From Parcubacteria bacterium SG8_24 (lineage in GTDB: Bacteria; Patescibacteriota; Patescibacteriia; SG8-24): a stretch of DNA of 62,749 nucleotides. Positions 27,673 to 35,525 of the stretch are shown piece after piece. The notes beneath the pieces were generated by a model. It was not told where the DNA came from. It saw only the letters and a program-made list of their open reading frames with translations, and ran no database searches. Position 1 is the first letter of the stretch. Every line of letters starts with the position of its first letter. Both the position numbers and the translations under genes were made by a program. The DNA lies in NCBI GenBank assembly GCA_001303185.1, contig LJNP01000001.1, forward strand, positions 1 to 62,749, read 5' to 3'.

Positions 27673-29145
27673 ATGCTACACCCCACTTGGTTCCGGGGCC
27701 GGCGGGTCACCGTCATGGGATTGGGCACGTTGGGAGGTGGGCTCGGTGTCGCCCGCTGGCTGTTGCGTCACGGCGCGCGTCTCACCGTCACCGACCTGCG
27801 CGATCGGCACGCCCTGGCCGGATCCGTGGAGGCGCTGGAGAAGGAGTACGCCCGGCGGCGACGCGGCCGGAAAGGGATCGTGTACAAGCCAAGATACGTG
27901 TTGGGCCGCCATGAACCGGCGGATTTTTCCGGTGCCGATATGGTCGTCCGTAATCCGGCGGTGCCGCGCGAGCACGAACTGCTGCGTCTGGCCCGTCGAC
28001 GGAAGATCGCCGTCGAGACCGACATTAGCCTCTTTTTCCGGCTCTGTCCCTTTCCGATAACCGCCGTGACCGGCACTAAAGGCAAGAGCACCACCACTGC
28101 CCTGCTCGGCGCGATGGTCCGACGGCACGATTCCCGGACGGTCATCGGCGGCAACATCAGGATCTCACCCTTCGATCACCTGGATGGTCTGCTGGCCGCG
28201 GCCGGTCAGGACGTACCGCCGCCAGTGGTTCTGGAACTCTCTTCCTGGCAACTTGAGGGTCTGGTGCCGCATCGTCTGAGTCCTCACATCGGCGTTCTCA
28301 CCAATATCATGGAGGATCATCTGAACCGGTATCGTGACCTCGATGATTATGCCCGGGCCAAGGCGACGATCGTCGCCTATCAGCGGCGGCAGGACATCGG
28401 CGTGTTCAATGCCGATGACGCGAGGGTCCGTAAGATCGCGGCTCAGGGGCGCGGTCGCCGGAAGCCCGCCGGACGGCGTTTCTGGTTCGGCAGCCGGGTC
28501 CGCTCCGGCGACGGCTGTTATCTGGACCGGGGCCATATCGTCATCCGGGATCGGGGCGTGAGGCGCCGGGTGATGCCGGTTTCCGGGCTGCCGCTGCCCG
28601 GCAGCCATAACGTCAGCAACGTCCTGGCGGCCTGTGCGGCGGCCCATCATCTGGGCATCCCGATTCCGACGATGCGGGCAGCGATCAGGTCGTTCCGCGG
28701 TGTTCCGGATCGGCTGGAGATATTGAGGCGCCATCGGGGAGTCCTATACGTCAATGACACCACTGCCACCATGCCGGAGGCCTGCGTGGCGGCGCTTCGG
28801 GCTTACGGCACCGGCCGGAAGAGACGGATCATCCTGATCGCCGGCGGCGCCGACAAGGAACTGCGTTTCGACGATTGGTCTGGCGAGGTCGGGCGGACGG
28901 TCAAGCATCTTATACTGTTCCGCGGTTCGGCCACGCCCAAGATGGAGGAGGCCCTGGAGCGGGCCGGCGTTTCGGTGCCGACCTACAGCGCCGGTTCCAT
29001 GTCCGAAGCGGTCCGCGAGGCCCGGAGACACGCCGAGCGCGGCGATGTCGTACTGCTTTCGCCGGCCTGCGCCAGCTTCGGCCTGTTCCGCAACGAGTTC
29101 GACCGAGGCGACCGTTTCCGGGCGGCAGTCCGCCGTCCCCGATGA
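27673..29145 (+). CDS. murD: UDP-N-acetylmuramoylalanine--D-glutamate ligase MurD
   Basis: Internal start MLHPTWFRGRRVTVMGLGTLGGG (Rossmann-like N-domain). P-loop VTGTKGKSTT. Mur ligase C-domain. It starts 2 nt after the GT2 stop. Confidence 0.92.
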   Translation: MLHPTWFRGRRVTVMGLGTLGGGLGVARWLLRHGARLTVTDLRDRHALAGSVEALEKEYARRRRGRKGIVYKPRYVLGRHEPADFSGADMVVRNPAVPREHELLRLARRRKIAVETDISLFFRLCPFPITAVTGTKGKSTTTALLGAMVRRHDSRTVIGGNIRISPFDHLDGLLAAAGQDVPPPVVLELSSWQLEGLVPHRLSPHIGVLTNIMEDHLNRYRDLDDYARAKATIVAYQRRQDIGVFNADDARVRKIAAQGRGRRKPAGRRFWFGSRVRSGDGCYLDRGHIVIRDRGVRRRVMPVSGLPLPGSHNVSNVLAACAAAHHLGIPIPTMRAAIRSFRGVPDRLEILRRHRGVLYVNDTTATMPEACVAALRAYGTGRKRRIILIAGGADKELRFDDWSGEVGRTVKHLILFRGSATPKMEEALERAGVSVPTYSAGSMSEAVREARRHAERGDVVLLSPACASFGLFRNEFDRGDRFRAAVRRPR

Positions 29146-29194
29146 GCCAATTATTCAGGGGGCGTCGGGCGGAGTCTACCTGAAGGATGAACAC

Positions 29195-29233
29195 AAAAAA
29201 CCGGCCTCTCCCACAACCATTGGCCGGTTTTTT
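29195..29233. terminator. Bidirectional rho-independent terminator
   Basis: An A run, then stem CCGGCC/GGCCGG with a 15-nt loop, then a T run. It lies between convergent murD and the minus-strand gene 29308-29841. Confidence 0.8.
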
Positions 29234-29307
29234 GCGTCGTGATGCTAGGCAGCGTGGCGCATCCTTCCGTATCGGGACGGTTCCCGTCACGCCGACGATA
29301 GCCGTCT

Positions 29308-29841
29308 TCAGTTTTCTATTTTGATTTCATCGAAGGCGATCCTTCTCCATCCCGATTCGAAAGTCAGGTCATTGAGGGCGACGCTGCTGATGCGGTACAG
29401 CCTCTGTCCCCAGGCCAACGGTACCCACTGGTCGTAATAGACGTACTGGTCGACGTAGGAGGTGTTGGTGGAGACATAACCATAACTCACGGTGTAGGGC
29501 GCGTTGCGCGTGGTGGCGTTACGGCGGGGGATGAAGGCGTAAGCCTGCGAATAGTAGCCGACCGGCTGGATGCTCCAGCGAGCGTGATTCACCGGATAGT
29601 TGCCGTAAGGGTTGTTGTAGGTCCATTGGAAATGACGCGGTGAACACCAGGCGCCGTACTTGCCGCAGTAACCCTCGCCCCAATCGTAGTGCCAGTACTG
29701 ACCTGGTCCGTAGGCGGAGAAATACCGGCCGCCGTTGGCGTATATTTCGGTCGCTCCGGCCGTACCGGGCCAGGCCAGCATGAGTACGGTCATGAACGCC
29801 CCCGAGCAGGCGAATAGCCTTAGCGCTTTCGTCATAGTCAA
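29308..29841 (-). CDS. Secreted Tyr/Trp/Gly-rich protein, unknown function
   Basis: Signal peptide ...MLAWPGTAGATE. The mature part is very rich in Y, W, N and G (GQYWHYDWGEGYCGKYGAWCSPRHFQWTYNNPYGNYP). Confidence 0.7.
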   Translation of the reverse strand: MTMTKALRLFACSGAFMTVLMLAWPGTAGATEIYANGGRYFSAYGPGQYWHYDWGEGYCGKYGAWCSPRHFQWTYNNPYGNYPVNHARWSIQPVGYYSQAYAFIPRRNATTRNAPYTVSYGYVSTNTSYVDQYVYYDQWVPLAWGQRLYRISSVALNDLTFESGWRRIAFDEIKIEN

Positions 29842-29846
29842 GGCGG

Positions 29847-30659
29847 TTAGAGACCGAGTGTATTAGTGAAGGTCACCACCGTACCGTCGGCCATGATGCC
29901 CACCTGGACGAACGGGGCGACGCGGGACTCCTCGAGCGGTTCCCGGTGGTCTTCCCAGCGGAAGAAATAGACCTCCCGGTTCCGGTTGTCCTCGAGGGGG
30001 TGCAGCGAACTCATCAGGTTCCGGAAATCGGGCAGTTCACGGGCTATCTGCGCCAGCGCCAAATCACGGAGTTCATGCACGGAAAGGCGGATATCCGGTC
30101 CAGTCTGGTGTGTCTTCGGATAAGGACCCGCCACCGGACCCATCTGGACAAGAGTATCGTTCCGGGGATCGATCCAGTATTCGATACCGTCGTCGTCCTG
30201 GTAGCTCTCGATGAGTCTCTCGTCATCGTCGTCGGCATAGGGATTCGGATTAGTCGAACGGTAGTCCAGTCTCAGACCGTCTTTTGCCCGGAAGCGCCGG
30301 ATCCTCTCTTGGGCCTTTATCCGGCTTTCCGCCGGCCGGGCTTTCTGGATGTCGATCCTCTGGGCCGTCTCGGCGTGCAGTTCCTTCACCTTCTCTTTTG
30401 AGAAACCACAGAAGCGGAGCCGTCCCTGACCGTCTTTCTTGACGCAACCGAGCTCCAGTTCCTGGCGCAGTGAATGATCGAGGTGGCGGATCAGGTCGTC
30501 AATCGTCTCGGCAATGGGAATCATAAGGGGTCGCTCCTTGGCGGTGACCGCGACGGCCGAGACCCCGATGACGCACAGGACCGCCGCCGCGATGGCGAAT
30601 GTCTTCGCGTGCCGCATACAGGATGAGATAGTTGAGTTATGAAGGAACCCGCGGGTCAT
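29847..30659 (-). CDS. Membrane-anchored/secreted hypothetical protein
   Basis: N-terminal hydrophobic segment FAIAAAVLCVIGVSAVAV. It ends 5 nt upstream of the downstream co-oriented gene. The true start may be the internal MRHAKTF. Confidence 0.65.
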   Translation of the reverse strand: MTRGFLHNSTISSCMRHAKTFAIAAAVLCVIGVSAVAVTAKERPLMIPIAETIDDLIRHLDHSLRQELELGCVKKDGQGRLRFCGFSKEKVKELHAETAQRIDIQKARPAESRIKAQERIRRFRAKDGLRLDYRSTNPNPYADDDDERLIESYQDDDGIEYWIDPRNDTLVQMGPVAGPYPKTHQTGPDIRLSVHELRDLALAQIARELPDFRNLMSSLHPLEDNRNREVYFFRWEDHREPLEESRVAPFVQVGIMADGTVVTFTNTLGL

Positions 30660-30789
30660 GGGGGACCATAGAGGATACTTAAAAAAGTGTCAAGTGACCG
30701 ACACTTTTTCTGTTCCAGCCTTATTTTCTCGCCAGCAATCAGGATATCGACACCAGCTACCGCATGATTTGTCAGGCAGCCCCCGGATA

Positions 30790-30834
30790 AATAAAAAAGG
30801 TGCCCCCGACCCGGCAGATGCCGAATCGGGGGCA
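30790..30834 (-). terminator. Rho-independent terminator (minus strand)
   Basis: Stem TGCCCCCGA/TCGGGGGCA, followed on the minus strand by CCTTTTTTATTT. It lies just downstream of the gene ending at 30859. A second hairpin (AAAAAGTGTC/GACACTTTTT) lies at about 30682-30709. Confidence 0.75.
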
Positions 30835-30858
30835 GGAGGAGGAGGAGAGGAGTCTCGT

Positions 30859-31506
30859 CTAGTCGAAGTGCGGCGTGTGGCGGCGGTGGCGCAGGAACTG
30901 GCAGACCTGACGGGTCATGCGCTTCCAGGACTGGTCGGCCTCGGTCCGGCGGAGCATGAGGGCGTCGGTGTCCGTGATCACGGCCAGCCGCCGGCTGCCG
31001 ACCCGGCTGGGGGCGTTCTCGAGCGCCTGGGCGCCGGGGGTGTCGGTCGACCCGTCGACTCCCGACTGACCGGCCGGCGCGTCGTCGCAGTAGGCGTACA
31101 GCTTGTCGCGCCACTCCATCTCGTCGTAGACCGCCTCACCGTCGTAGTCGTCGCCGTCGATCCAGTCGCACGGCACGGTGACACCCTCCTCGGTGACGAA
31201 GAAGTCGTCGTAGCCGTCGTCGTCGTAGAGACCGAGCTCGTCGTCGCCCTCGTCGTCGTACTCCCCGCGCGCGATGGCGCGGCAGGCGTCGAGGTGGGCG
31301 ATCATCTCGTCCTCGACACCGAAGACGTCCTCGACCTCGCGGTCGCTGAGCATGGGGAGGGTGCCGCGGTAGACGCCGTCATGCCTGGTTCCGTAGAAAC
31401 CCGCGTGACATCCGTCGTCCCCTTGGTGGTTCTCCCAGTTCTCGATGACCGTCAGGGCCAGCCCGACATCGTCGAGCGTGAAAGCGAATGCCTGCAGGTG
31501 ATTCAT
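30859..31506 (-). CDS. Hyper-acidic hypothetical protein
   Basis: The start is chosen at MNHLQAF because GGAGGA lies 7 nt upstream. The core is EYDDEGDDELGLYDDDGYDDFFVTEEGVTVPCDWIDGDDYDGEAVYDEMEW. Confidence 0.65.
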   Translation of the reverse strand: MNHLQAFAFTLDDVGLALTVIENWENHQGDDGCHAGFYGTRHDGVYRGTLPMLSDREVEDVFGVEDEMIAHLDACRAIARGEYDDEGDDELGLYDDDGYDDFFVTEEGVTVPCDWIDGDDYDGEAVYDEMEWRDKLYAYCDDAPAGQSGVDGSTDTPGAQALENAPSRVGSRRLAVITDTDALMLRRTEADQSWKRMTRQVCQFLRHRRHTPHFD

Positions 31507-31722
31507 CTCTTGATCCTCCGGATTCCGTTGATGGTTGCGGTGAAACTCCAAACTTCACTTTAAAAGGACTAATCACTATAGCATAGAATGAAGCTTTTGT
31601 CAAGGGTTTCAGGCAGCTCACGGCTCATTTTATTTAGCCAACTTTAGCGAAATCATGCTTAAGTTCAGGGTCAGCGTAAAATGCTTTATTCTTTGTCTGG
31701 GGCGGTATATACTTGATGCCGT

Positions 31723-32736
31723 ATGACGGACACCGGAAATTCAACCAAGGACATTTTCCAAGCTCGGGAGTCGGGAGTGATCGGGCACGACCGGATCCTG
31801 GACTTCCTGCAGACGGCCGTGGACAAGGATCGGTTGGCCCATGCTTATCTCCTGGTGGGACCGGAACATGTCGGCAAGACGACTCTGGCCCGGATTTTCG
31901 CCCGGCACCTGCTCGGTCACGGGGGTCACCTCGATACCCACCCCGATTTCTTCCTGATCAGGCGCGAATGTGATGCCAAGTCGGGCAAACCCCATCAGGC
32001 GATCGTCATCGGTCAGGTGCGGGCGCTCTGTGAGAAGCTGGCCATGGGGGCCTTCATGGGCGGCTGGAAGGTCTGCATCATCGCCGAAGCCGAGGCCCTG
32101 AACCAGGAAGCGGCCAATGCGCTGCTCAAGACCCTGGAGGAACCTCACCCCAAGACACTGCTCCTGCTCGTCGCCACCTCGGCGGAGAACGTGATGCCGA
32201 CCATCAGGTCGCGTTGTCAGGTAATCAGTTTCGGCCGGGTGGCCGCCTCGAGGATACGCGATGCCCTGCGGGAGCGGGGTGTGAACGAGCCCGAGGCGCA
32301 GCTCTTCTCCCGGCTGGCCGACGGCTGCCCGGGACGTGCCTTCCGGTTCGTCGAGGACGCGGAAACCTTGGAGGATATGCGTAAGATGCGCCGCCGGATC
32401 CTGGGTCTGCACCGGCAGGACACGGCCGAGCGATGGCGCGCTCTCGACGGGCTGTTGCCGAACCGCGCCACCTTCATCGAGACTGCCGCCCGCGCCGGTC
32501 AGGTGATGGATCTGATGGCTGAACTGCTGCGGGACACGCTATTGATCGGCCAGGGGCGGCGCGACGACGTCGTCCATGTGGACGTGCGCGACGAGGTCGA
32601 GGCGTGGGGTCGGGAACTGGGTACGGACAGGGTGCTGAGCGCGCTGGAGTCCCTGGAGACGGCCCGTTCCAGAGTGCGGTCCAATGTCGGGCCACGGGCC
32701 GTGCTGGAACATCTGGCGCTGGCCCTACCTCTTTGA
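31723..32736 (+). CDS. holB: DNA polymerase III delta-prime subunit
   Basis: GHDRILDFLQTAVDKDRLAHAYLLVGPEHVGKTTLA, a clamp-loader AAA+ module with SRC-like RSRCQ. Confidence 0.9.
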   Translation: MTDTGNSTKDIFQARESGVIGHDRILDFLQTAVDKDRLAHAYLLVGPEHVGKTTLARIFARHLLGHGGHLDTHPDFFLIRRECDAKSGKPHQAIVIGQVRALCEKLAMGAFMGGWKVCIIAEAEALNQEAANALLKTLEEPHPKTLLLLVATSAENVMPTIRSRCQVISFGRVAASRIRDALRERGVNEPEAQLFSRLADGCPGRAFRFVEDAETLEDMRKMRRRILGLHRQDTAERWRALDGLLPNRATFIETAARAGQVMDLMAELLRDTLLIGQGRRDDVVHVDVRDEVEAWGRELGTDRVLSALESLETARSRVRSNVGPRAVLEHLALALPL

Positions 32737-32824
32737 AGGCCGGTGACGGCGTGGTAAATTGGAACCATCCGGCCGCGACCCGCATCCGGCTGGCGACAAC
32801 CGATAAGTCATAATCTTCAGGAAC

Positions 32825-33889
32825 ATGGGATCAGGCAAATATTTGACGGTTCTCCTGGGCAGCCTGTTGCTGCTGGGAGTAGGGTGCGTCAGTTTCTCGA
32901 CCGGCGGCACCAGCACCATGGCCGACGGCGGTCTGTTCAAGTCCGGCGATCGGGGCGAGACCTGGCAGCAGAAGACGGCGGTCCTGACCGTCGGCGGCGA
33001 GGCCAGGAATTTCAGCAACACCAATGCGGCCACGATCGTCCAGGATCCGGCTGACGCCCGTGCGCTGTACATGGGCACCTCCGAGAACGGCCTGTTCTAC
33101 AGCCATGACGCCGGAGAGTCCTGGTCACAGCCGGCACAACTCAACCGCGGCCGGATCGCTTCCGTAACCGTGAACCCCAAGGACAAGTGCGACATCTATG
33201 TCACCACCGAGAACAAGGTCATGAAGAGCCGGGACTGCGCCCGCTCCTGGACCACGACCTATCTCGATCCGCGTCCGGAGAAGAAGATGGTGGCGGTGGT
33301 GGTCGACCATTTCAATCCGAATATCGTCTGGACCGCCAACGACGCTGGCGACGTGCTCAAGAGCACGGATGCCGGTGAGTCCTGGGCTAACGTGGTAACG
33401 ATGAAGAGTCCGGTGATGCGCATCCTGATGAACGCCGTGGAGAGCCGCCGCCTCTACGTGGCCACCAAGAACACCGGCATCTGGCGCACCGACGACGGCG
33501 GGGCCAATTGGCAGGACCTGAGCGAGGTCTATCGCAGCTTCAGCGGCTCGATGGAATTCATGGACATGGTTCTCGGCGTGTCCGATCCCAACACCGTGAT
33601 TTTCGCTTCCAAGTACGGACTGCTGCGCTCGACCAATGGCGGCGACGAGTGGGAATCCATCGAATTGCTGACCACGCCGGGATCGACCGCGATCTATTCG
33701 GTGACCGTGGATCCCAAGGACGTCAACAACATCTATTACGGGACGGCGACGACCTTCTATCGCTCACAGAACGGCGGCGTCAATTGGGTGCCGAAGAAGC
33801 TGCCCTCCTCCCGCGCCGCCACCTTCCTGCTGGTCGACAGCCTCAACCCATCGACCGTCTATATGGGGGTGACGCGATTCAAGAAATAA
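32825..33889 (+). CDS. Lipoprotein with BNR/Asp-box beta-propeller repeats
   Basis: Lipobox LLLLGVGC. There are seven SxDxGxxW-type boxes (SGDRGETW, SHDAGESW, SRDCARSW, STDAGESW, TDDGGANW, STNGGDEW, SQNGGVNW). Confidence 0.8.
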   Translation: MGSGKYLTVLLGSLLLLGVGCVSFSTGGTSTMADGGLFKSGDRGETWQQKTAVLTVGGEARNFSNTNAATIVQDPADARALYMGTSENGLFYSHDAGESWSQPAQLNRGRIASVTVNPKDKCDIYVTTENKVMKSRDCARSWTTTYLDPRPEKKMVAVVVDHFNPNIVWTANDAGDVLKSTDAGESWANVVTMKSPVMRILMNAVESRRLYVATKNTGIWRTDDGGANWQDLSEVYRSFSGSMEFMDMVLGVSDPNTVIFASKYGLLRSTNGGDEWESIELLTTPGSTAIYSVTVDPKDVNNIYYGTATTFYRSQNGGVNWVPKKLPSSRAATFLLVDSLNPSTVYMGVTRFKK

Positions 33890-33896
33890 GATTCCT

Positions 33897-34454
33897 ATGG
33901 CAGAAGATTTCATCACGCCGTACCGGACGGAGTTCGAGAAGGTGATCGAGTTCCTTAAGGCCGAGATGGCCCAATTGCGGACCGGACGGGCCAATCCGGC
34001 GCTGGTCGAGGGTATCCAGGTCGAAGCCTATGGCGCCAGGACCCCCCTGGTCGGATTGGCTTCCATCACCACGCCTGACGCCCGGACGATAACCATCGAG
34101 TCCTGGGACAAGAGTGTCGTCAAGGATATCGAGAGGGCCATACTCGAAGCCAATATCGGCCTGACTCCCAATGTCGCCGGACAGGTCATCCGGATATCGC
34201 TGCCCCCGCTGACCGAAGAGGGCCGCAAGGACCTGCTCAAGGTCCTGGGCGATAAGTTGGAACACGCCCGGATCGGTATCCGTAAGGTCAGGGACGAGAT
34301 CAAGTCGGAGATCGTCGAGGCGGAGAAGGAGAAACTCATCGGGGAGGACGAGAAGTACAAGAGCCTGGAGGATCTGGACAAGCGGGTAGGGGAATGGAAT
34401 CAGAAGATCAGGGAAATGGGAGAGGAGAAGGAGAAGGAGATCATGACTATCTGA
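33897..34454 (+). CDS. frr: Ribosome recycling factor
   Basis: 185 aa, LRTGRANPALVEGIQVEAYG...NIGLTPN...IRISLPPLTEE.R..L.K. Confidence 0.95.
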   Translation: MAEDFITPYRTEFEKVIEFLKAEMAQLRTGRANPALVEGIQVEAYGARTPLVGLASITTPDARTITIESWDKSVVKDIERAILEANIGLTPNVAGQVIRISLPPLTEEGRKDLLKVLGDKLEHARIGIRKVRDEIKSEIVEAEKEKLIGEDEKYKSLEDLDKRVGEWNQKIREMGEEKEKEIMTI

Positions 34455-34514
34455 TACTGGTCGGCGACGGAGCCGGGCACGGATCGGACCACGTCCCGTA
34501 AGTATAATTACGAA

Positions 34515-34543
34515 GACCTCGACGGTTATGTCGGGGTCTTTTG
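34515..34543 (+). terminator. Rho-independent terminator after frr
   Basis: Stem GACCTCGAC/GTCGGGGTC (one G-U pair) with loop GGTTAT, followed by TTTTG. Confidence 0.7.
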
Positions 34544-34605
34544 ACGTACCTGTTTCTAATTTTAAGCTCAACTGGTCGGATTTAATCACTATTTGTCAGT
34601 GACCA

Positions 34606-34634
34606 TTGACAAAAATAGGAAGGTATGGTATGGT
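34606..34634 (+). promoter_or_regulatory. Near-consensus sigma70 promoter (TTGACA-17-TATGGT)
   Basis: TTGACA at 34606-34611, a 17-nt spacer and TATGGT at 34629-34634. It lies between the frr terminator and an ORF-free structured region. Confidence 0.5.
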
Positions 34635-34728
34635 ACCAGGTCATCGTTCGGTACAACCTGTCCCGGCCAGAGGAATGGAGGGGGGTCTACCCCGTGATCC
34701 AGGGCTTCAGTCCGCGGGTCACGGGGCG

Positions 34729-34839
34729 GCGCCGACATCGGTTACCACCGGTCTCGACTGGAGGTATCCCATGGAAGCGCCACACCGGGGAACCACATAA
34801 CGGTCACCCTCGGTCCCGTCTCCAGCCCTCTTTCCGGGA
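34729..34839 (+). repeat. Module copy 1 of an internal ~110-nt duplication
   Basis: The 55-nt core at 34729-34783 matches 34960-35014 at 52/55 positions. The following ~55 nt show about 70% identity and end in the shared CCGTCTCCAG....TTTCCGGGA. Confidence 0.85.
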
Positions 34840-34959
34840 GCAGAAAGTCACGGCGACACATTTTTCGCCGGACTCGTTCATTAAACACGCTTCCCGGGAA
34901 GCGTCATGGAGGGGGACTCGCCTTGCGGGGACGGACAGCGGTCCGCATCCTGCAGGCAG

Positions 34960-35069
34960 GCGCCGATATCGGTTACCGCCGGTCACGACTGGAGGTATCC
35001 CATGGAAGCGCCACGCTCGGGCGCCTTGACCGGCTACCCTGAGCTCCGTCTCCAGGACGTTTTCCGGGA
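34960..35069 (+). repeat. Module copy 2 of an internal ~110-nt duplication
   Basis: See copy 1. The offset is 231 nt in the same orientation. Confidence 0.85.
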
Positions 35070-35482
35070 ATGGGGAAAATCGGAAGAGGTGAGGGCCTTG
35101 GGTCGACCGGGGCGGTGCGGCCCGTTGACGAGGGCTCGCTGAGCGAGCTTGACGTCCAGGTCAGGCATCGACGGCACGACCGTCTGGCTCAAGCCTCATC
35201 CAGAAGTCAGTCTGCGGGACATCCCGCGCCAGATACGGCGGTCCGCCGGAGATCGGCCGCCCGGAGGCCGCAGAGTATGAGTCATACTCTGTGCCTGATC
35301 GGGCCTGCCGACGGCGTTATGGCCGCCGACCGGACTGCGGAGTACAGGCACTCGTGGGCTCCGGATGGGCCCGTGCCGACCGCAGACTGACTTCACCTTC
35401 GGGCGGAGCGCCCACCAAACCCAAGCCGGGTAATAATGCCCGAGCGTGGCGCTCCGCCCCCCCCCACGACTTGAATAGAATT

Positions 35483-35525
35483 GACCCCGCGGCCGCGGTA
35501 CTTGGCTGCGGGGTCTTTCCTTTTG
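35483..35525 (+). terminator. Rho-independent terminator ending the non-coding unit, 75 nt upstream of glyQS
   Basis: Stem GACCCCGC/GCGGGGTC (35483-35490 / 35508-35515), followed by TTTCCTTTTG. Confidence 0.8.

Larger units (their letters stand above)
34640..35525 (+). ncRNA. Candidate large (~0.9 kb) structured non-coding RNA, unclassified
   Basis: Bounded by a promoter and a strong terminator. No credible ORF. It contains an internal module duplication, a 15-bp long-range helix (35203-35217 / 35380-35394), a 12-bp hairpin (35401-35412 / 35448-35459), a perfect palindrome at 34887-34904 and a perfect 10-bp hairpin at 35271-35291. Confidence 0.5.

Noticed and set aside
30859-31506. Naming the hyper-acidic protein as ArdA-type antirestriction protein.
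   Set aside because: Only the composition is similar. I do not see the ArdA N-terminal signature, so it stays a hypothetical protein.
34625-35029. 134-aa ORF, and ORF 35070-35390, inside the frr-glyQS gap.
   Set aside because: Both have Arg/Pro/Gly/His-rich composition and no RBS. The internal peptide repeat is just the translated DNA duplication. Non-coding RNA is the better explanation.
34729-35069. The ~110-nt duplication as a DGR template/variable repeat pair.
   Set aside because: The differences are not adenine-specific (C/T, A/G and T/A in the core). Neither copy lies at the 3' end of a target gene, and the window contains no reverse transcriptase.
35109-35466. Possible tmRNA. GGGGCGGTGCGGCCCGTTGACGAGGG resembles a tmRNA 5' end, and GGGGCGG could pair with CCGCCCC at 35454-35460, giving a ~350-nt span.
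   Set aside because: No T-arm (GGTTCGAnTCC) precedes the 3' strand. There is no proper discriminator-CCA spacing; CCCCCA follows instead. No tag-like reading frame ending in Ala-Ala-stop was found.
34640-35525. Known RNA classes: RNase P (GAGCAGAAAGTCACGG versus GAGGAAAGTCCGG), a glyQS T-box leader (GGTTACCACCGG versus GGTGGTACCGCG), and a TPP riboswitch (CCGGGTAATAATGCCCGAGCG versus CTGGATAATGCCAGCG).
   Set aside because: Each resemblance is a single short block. The partner elements are absent: the P4 3' strand, the specifier and AGAGA/T-box bulge on the correct strand, and the CTGAGA pyrimidine-sensor helix.
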